Positions 58,459-64,000 of a stretch of 64,000 nucleotides of DNA are shown one piece after another. The stretch is from assembly GCA_963835065.1 (NCBI GenBank), contig CAWIEK010000001.1, forward strand, positions 96,001 through 160,000, in the 5' to 3' direction. This stretch comes from an uncultured Chthonomonadaceae bacterium. GTDB lineage: Bacteria > Armatimonadota > Chthonomonadetes > Chthonomonadales > Chthonomonadaceae. Both the position numbers and the translations under genes were made by a program. Positions within the stretch are counted from its first letter, which is position 1; the number at the start of each line of letters is the position of its first letter. Under the pieces are notes generated by a model, which was given only the letters and a program-made list of their open reading frames with translations, was not told the origin of the DNA and ran no database searches.

Positions 58459-60632
58459 TCACGCTTTCAGCCAGCGGTTCAGCCAGTCAAGGTTACGCTG
58501 CAAGCGATCCAGGCGCAGGTCGGGCGGGCCGGAGCGCGACAGGCCGTGCGAGGCTTCGCCGGGATAGCGGACATACTCCACAACCTTGCGCTGATGCCGC
58601 AAAGCCGAAAACAACTGTTCCGCCTGTTCCGCCGGGCAGCGCAGGTCGCCGTCGTAATGGATGAGCAGGAGGGGCGTCACGATATTGCCCGCATAGGCAA
58701 GCGGCGAACACTTCCACAACTGCGCGGGGTCGCTCCAGCCGTTCCCTTTGAAGGGATGGTCGGGACGCCAGGGAAAGTCACAGGTTCCGCTCATGCTTTG
58801 CAGGTTGGCAACCAGTCGGTCGGCGATAGCGCAGTGAAACCGATTGGTATGCCCGATTGCCCAGGCGGTCATATAACCCCCATACGAGCCTCCCATGATC
58901 GCGGTTCGGCCCGCGTCTACAAAGTCCAGGCTACACGCCCAATCCGTCGCGGCCATAATATCGTCGTAATCCACGCTCCCCCAGTTGCCCGCAATGGCTT
59001 TGGTGTGCGCTTCGCCGTACCCCTTGCTGCCGCGCGGGTTTGTGTACAGCACGACGTACCCCTGCGCGGCCAGCCATTGCAGTTCGTGATGGAACGTGTT
59101 GCCGTATTGCAGGTGCGGCCCGCCATGCACGTACACGACGAGCGGGTATTTTGCCCCGGCTTGCCTGTAGTCGTAGGCGGGTTTCAGCAGCCAGCCAAAA
59201 ACTTTCCCGCCGCTGCCATTGTCTACACCAATTTCATTGCTGCCATTGATCCTGCCAATCGGCTGTGGGTTGGCAACCCGAACATCCGCAAGAAAATCGG
59301 CATTGAAGGCATGCAGCGGCTTCCAAAAGGAAATCTGTTCCGCTTCATCGGTCAGGCAGTACAATTCATGTGGGACCGTCGCGCTTGCCATTGTGACAAC
59401 CAGCCGTTTTTCGCCTCCTGTGGCGCTGAAAGAGCCTATTTCATGTAACGGAGCTGTCCGTTGCAAGAGAGTTCCGTTCGTCACATTCGCCCTGTAAACA
59501 AGCGTATCTCCCTGTTCGCTGACAACGAAATATAAGCCGTTGCTGTCTGCCGTCCATTGCAGCATGTCGCCCGCGCCCACTTCATGCGCGTCGGAATTGG
59601 TCAGCCAGCCAACGCTTTTGTCCGTATATCCGGTCAAGTCCCGCGCTGTCTCACCCCCACTTGCAGGCAGAATATAAACGCGCTCATTGGCGGAGTGCCA
59701 TGTATCCAGCGGGTCGGGCAGGCCGACATACGCGAACGATTTTCCATCCGGCGACCACGCCAGCGAACTTTTTGCCCCCGCCGGCGACGGAATAAGAACC
59801 AACGGATGCTCCACGCTGTTTTGCGGCGATTGCGGCTCCTCCCCTGCCGATTGCGATTTGTCCGGGATCGCCTTCGCGCCGTTATGCCTGCGTTCGCGCC
59901 TTCCTCTGCCGCAAACACATCCTGCGCGGCGATTGTCCAGATGTCGTCCTGGGCGGGCGCGATGTCGCCATCCTCGCGGCGGTCACTTAAAAAGGCAAGC
60001 GTTCGGCTGTCGGGCGACCATGTGGGCAAATCACAATGGTAGGGGCCGGTTGTCAACTGCCGGGCTTCGCCCGTTTTCGCGTCCGCAAGCCAGACCTGAA
60101 AATACTCGTCATCGAAATAGCCCATGCCGTCCAGCCGATAAAACAGGCGCGAATGATGCCGTACCGGTGACGACAACTCTTTTTTCTTCCGCTCCTCCGC
60201 CGCGTCCTTGCGAAACGCGGCGGGAGTGGCCCGAAACGTGAACGCGATCTTAGTGCCGTCCGGCGACCAGCGAAACCCGCCGATACCGCCTTCCGTTTCC
60301 AAATGCGTCAGCGCCCGCGCCTCGCCGCCATCTGAAGGCAAAAGGTATATCTGGCTTTTGGGCTTCTGCCGATCCGACAGAAACGCCAATTGTTTGCCGT
60401 CCGGCGACCAGCGCGGATGAAAAGCGCTGCTGTCCTCCCCGGTAAACGGACGGGCTTCCCCGCCTGCCTGCTCCGGGTTGGTTGGCACGACCCAGATTTG
60501 CGACAGATACTTGTTTTTCTCGCGCTCGATGCGCTTTACCACGCAGGCGACCCGTTCGCCACCCGGCGTAATCTGCGGATCGCTGACAAGGCGCAAGTTC
60601 ATAAAATCATCTATGGCTATGGGACGGGGCAT
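58459..60632 (-). CDS. S9 acylaminoacyl peptidase with PD40 propeller, apparent frameshift near 59850
   Basis: WSPDG repeats, VHGGP, GGSYGG, DLRC and SHGL motifs. Confidence 0.9.
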
Positions 60633-60781
60633 GAGTACCTCACTGGTGATTGGTGGCTGGTGGTTGGTGATTGGAGTGATTTCGCTATGACAGGCGTAAA
60701 TCCCTTCCTGCGCCGGGATTTTCAATCCTCGGAACCCCGTTCTACAAACCTCATTCGCGTTCACTGCCTGGCCGGAGCGTA

Positions 60782-60876
60782 AGAGCCTATCCCAATTGGC
60801 CGGGGCTTTGCAATACCCGGCAGGAAAGTGCAAGCGTCTTTCAGACGCAAGGACAAGCTCTATCGGGATAGGCTCT
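60782..60876 (-). mobile_element. MITE-like element, copy 3 (inverted relative to copy 1)
   Basis: Same 12-bp TIRs. Internal ACCCGGCAGGAAAGTGCAAGCGTC. Confidence 0.75.
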
Positions 60877-60900
60877 AAGGGTCTGTAAATCTATAACTTC

Positions 60901-60929
60901 CCGGAGGGCACAACATGTTGTGCCCCTAC
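60901..60929. repeat. REP-like hairpin
   Basis: GGGCACAAC-AT-GTTGTGCCC-CTAC. Relatives near 29637 and 43842. Confidence 0.7.
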
Positions 60930-60965
60930 ATTCGGGAACTTATACTTTTACGAACCCTAAGGCGC

Positions 60966-61778
60966 TTACGCGGGCTTTACCCCACTGAAGATCATTTGCG
61001 GCGAGGAGGGGGCAAGGGGCCGGCCTCGATAATCTCCGTACACCGTTTCCACCGTAAAGCCCGTGTGCCGGTACAGCAGATGTATCTCCTGGGGATAGTA
61101 GACATGGCTTTCAAAGTCGCTGACGGAGCGTTCCGGCGGCGCGTTCCCCACGTACTTGTCGTAAAGGAAGCGGATACGCGCCTTCTGTTCATGGGCGAGG
61201 TAGCGCGTGGTTTTGTAGCGGATCAGACGGGTGCGGGTTTCCGCGTCAAAGGTATCCAGATCAATCTCGACTAATTCGCGCGGGGGCGAGCGCAGCGAAT
61301 CGGCGTAACTGCTCAGATCAGCCATCGTAACATCCACCACGAAGCGCCCGCCCGGGCCCAGGTTGTCGCCGGCGCAATTCCAGGCGGCGAGCTGATCGTC
61401 AAGCGTCAGGAGGTGGCAGACGGAAGAGCAGGGGGTGACGATCACATCAAAAGGCTGTTCGGCTTTCCAGTCGCGCATATCCCCTTCTACCAGGCGCAGG
61501 CGTTCGCGGACGTCAGGTTCGGCTTCTTCCTGCCGCTTTTGCGCCGCTTGCAGCATTTCGGGAACCAGTTCCAGTCCCACCACCTCAAAGCCATGCGCCG
61601 CGCCCGCCTGCGCCAACGGCAGGGTGACGCGCCCGTTGCCACAGGCGAGTTCCAGTACGCGCTTTGGCTGCAGCCGGGTAACAAGGGACACGAAGAAGTC
61701 AATATCGTCGGTATCTCCCACATGCTCCAGGTCGTAATCCTGCGGGCGCTGGTAAATCGCTTCGGGTAATTCGGCCAT
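60966..61778 (-). CDS. Class I SAM-dependent methyltransferase
   Basis: VLELACGNGR, GDMR and LGPGGRF motifs. Confidence 0.9.
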   Translation of the reverse strand: MAELPEAIYQRPQDYDLEHVGDTDDIDFFVSLVTRLQPKRVLELACGNGRVTLPLAQAGAAHGFEVVGLELVPEMLQAAQKRQEEAEPDVRERLRLVEGDMRDWKAEQPFDVIVTPCSSVCHLLTLDDQLAAWNCAGDNLGPGGRFVVDVTMADLSSYADSLRSPPRELVEIDLDTFDAETRTRLIRYKTTRYLAHEQKARIRFLYDKYVGNAPPERSVSDFESHVYYPQEIHLLYRHTGFTVETVYGDYRGRPLAPSSPQMIFSGVKPA

Positions 61779-62000
61779 AAAATTTCTTCTTTCTATTTGT
61801 CTATCCTGAAAATGCCGGTGTTCGGTGTTCGGTGTTCGGTGTTCGGACAATTCGGCATGTTCATGCTTCAAGGTGAGCGTCGTTCATGCGGACTGTGTAG
61901 TTCATGCGGGCTGTTCAGAAACGTTCTGCCATGTGTACGGGTAGAAGGGAGTAGGGATTACAGAATCATGAATTTTAGAGAAAGGTACACACACTCCGAT

Positions 62001-63164
62001 ATGAACAGACGCGAGTTTATGCAGCGCGGCGCGGCTCTGAGCGCCGTGTCGCTTGCCCACGCCACAGCAGCAGCCTCCTCCCCTCCGAACGCGCAAGTTT
62101 CGGTGGCAAACGCAGATAGGGAAAAAGGGGCGCATAAGTGGCGCGGCGTCAATCTGGGCAGTTGGCTGGTGCTGGAAAAATGGATCACGCCCGGCGTTTT
62201 TGCCGATACTTCCGCTTCGGACGAATATACGCTGTGCCAGGCGCTGGGCAAGGACAAGGCGACTGCCCGGCTAAAGCGGCATCGGGAAACCTGGATTACG
62301 GCGGAGGACTTCAAATGGCTGGCGGCGCGTGGCCTCAACGCGGTTCGCCTGCCCGTGGGCTACTGGATTTTGGAAGACAACCCTCCCTTTATCAATGGCG
62401 TGGAAACGCTGGATTGGGCGTTTCGGACCGCGAGGGCCAATGGCCTGGGCATCCTGCTGGACCTGCACGGCGCGCCGGGCAGTCAGAACGGCTGGGATCA
62501 CAGCGGCAAATCGGGTACGCTCGGCTGGCCTGCCAGTCCGCAAAACATCGCCCACACCCTGCGCGTGGTGGAAGCCCTGGCCGCTCACTGCAAGACTTAC
62601 AACAACTTTATCGGCTTCGAACTGCTCAACGAGCCGCGCTGGGATGTGCCGCTGGACGTTCTGAAAACGTACTATCAGGACGCCTATGCGCGGGTGCGCA
62701 AGCACGTCGGCAAGGAGCGAACGGCAGTGGTAATCCACGACAGTTTCCGCCCCAACGCCTGGCAGGGCTTTATGCAGGAACCCCGGTACGGCAATGTGTT
62801 GCTGGACACGCATCTGTACCAATGCTATACTGACGATGACAAGAAGCGCGACATTTTCGCCCATCTGGAGATCGCCGGGCTGGAACGCAAGCGGCAGTTG
62901 GACACAATGCAGCAGCAATTGAGCGGGCTGGTGGGCGAATGGTCGTGCGCCCTCGATCCGCAGTCGCTGCGCGGGCGCGGCGGCTTCCCTCTGGATGCGG
63001 CCCTGCGCGCGTATGGCAGCGCGCAGGTGGTCAGTTACGAAACCACGCGCGGCTGGTTCTTCTGGACCTACAAGACTGAAAGCGGCGGCGGCTGGAGCTT
63101 CCGCGACTGCGTGAAACACGGCTGGCTGCCGGACCAGTATGGCAGTTCGCCGCTTGTCCGGTAA
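62001..63164 (+). CDS. GH5 exo-beta-glucanase-like glycosidase with a Tat signal
   Basis: NRREF Tat motif. GVNLGSWLVLE, DLHGAPGSQN, LLNEP and VGEWS motifs. Confidence 0.9.
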   Translation: MNRREFMQRGAALSAVSLAHATAAASSPPNAQVSVANADREKGAHKWRGVNLGSWLVLEKWITPGVFADTSASDEYTLCQALGKDKATARLKRHRETWITAEDFKWLAARGLNAVRLPVGYWILEDNPPFINGVETLDWAFRTARANGLGILLDLHGAPGSQNGWDHSGKSGTLGWPASPQNIAHTLRVVEALAAHCKTYNNFIGFELLNEPRWDVPLDVLKTYYQDAYARVRKHVGKERTAVVIHDSFRPNAWQGFMQEPRYGNVLLDTHLYQCYTDDDKKRDIFAHLEIAGLERKRQLDTMQQQLSGLVGEWSCALDPQSLRGRGGFPLDAALRAYGSAQVVSYETTRGWFFWTYKTESGGGWSFRDCVKHGWLPDQYGSSPLVR

Positions 63165-63461
63165 GCCTGTCCGCCCTGAACAAAAGAAGTGGCGTGGGAA
63201 AGGTTTCAGGTTTCAGGTTTCAGGGTAAGGCTGTCAGCCCCGAACAAATGAAGTAACGTGGCCGGTCATTTGTTTACCGCAAAATGGCGAACAGAGTTGC
63301 CTTACAGGAGGCGGAAAGAGCAACAGGCAGGAACAACACTTCTAAAGATTTAGAACCGGGTACAACCGCGTACAGAGGCAAAACTATATCCCGGCTGCGG
63401 AACAAGCAAAACGTTCGCCGCGTATTCAGGGCAATCTGGTTGTCTGAAGGAGAAGTTGATT

Positions 63462-64000
63462 ATGCCCGCTTTATTGAAGCCTGAGCGCCCGCTTGGCGCA
63501 ACGGGGGTTATGGTTCCGCTTGTGGGTTACGGCACGGCCCCGCTTGGCGAAGACAGTATCACGTCGGAACATGCGCAGCGCTGCCTGAATCTGGCGATTG
63601 ATTTGGGCATCACTTATCTGGACACGTCCCCGGATTACGGCAGTGAACCACACGTCGGGGAAGTAATGAAAACGCGGCGCGACGAGGTGTTTCTGGCGAC
63701 CAAAGTAAACCGCCGCAGCAAGCAGGGCGTGTTGGACGAAGTGAAAAAATCGCTGAGAAAGCTGCAAACCGACCACGTAGATTTAATACAGGTTCATTCG
63801 GTGAGCGCGTGGGCGGATTTGGAGGAAGCCCTGGCCCCGGACGGCGCGATTGCCGGACTGGAGCAGGCCAAAGCGGAAGGATTGGTGCGGTTCATCGGTA
63901 TCACAGGCCATGCCCGCCCGGAACTGCTCGGACACGCCCTGACGCAGTATGCCTTCGATACGGTTCTGGTCGCCTGCGGCATGGTGGACAAACTGATTAC
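63462..64000 (+). CDS. Aldo/keto reductase (partial, runs off the window)
   Basis: Manual translation: MPALLKPERPLGATG...YLDTSPDYG...FLATK...DLIQVH. AGGAG SD. Confidence 0.88.
   Translation, partial: MPALLKPERPLGATGVMVPLVGYGTAPLGEDSITSEHAQRCLNLAIDLGITYLDTSPDYGSEPHVGEVMKTRRDEVFLATKVNRRSKQGVLDEVKKSLRKLQTDHVDLIQVHSVSAWADLEEALAPDGAIAGLEQAKAEGLVRFIGITGHARPELLGHALTQYAFDTVLVACGMVDKLI

Noticed and set aside
1062..60632. Frameshifts in about ten genes read as pseudogenes or programmed recoding
   Set aside because: They hit unrelated genes including citrate synthase, both halves remain well conserved, and no shared slippery motif is evident. Long-read indel errors are the simplest explanation, pending a read check.

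Overview
GC-rich bacterial chromosomal segment. The SLH/beta-barrel envelope protein and Gly-rich secreted proteins suggest Armatimonadota or a similar diderm lineage, but this is inference only. Housekeeping genes include topA, queE, trpE, purN, citrate synthase and pcrA/uvrD, alongside hydrolases (esterase, GH78, GH5, S9 peptidase, polysaccharide deacetylase) and redox enzymes. Accessory and defence-like genes are interspersed: an ABC-type ATPase plus HNH nuclease pair, a single-chain restriction-methylase-specificity gene and a truncated relative, two orphan antitoxins, two Uma2 nucleases, and a class III cyclase-STAND-TPR gene next to a cNMP-binding membrane protein. Non-coding DNA is dense in heptamer tandem repeats, REP-like palindromes and a ~95-bp MITE family. 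Several of these repeats lie in frame inside coding genes. A ~250-bp unit (ECF-type promoter plus a ~47-aa ORF) occurs twice in inverted orientation. About ten genes carry single-base frameshifts, most likely long-read assembly errors. No rRNA, tRNA, CRISPR array, transposase, integrase or reverse transcriptase was seen.
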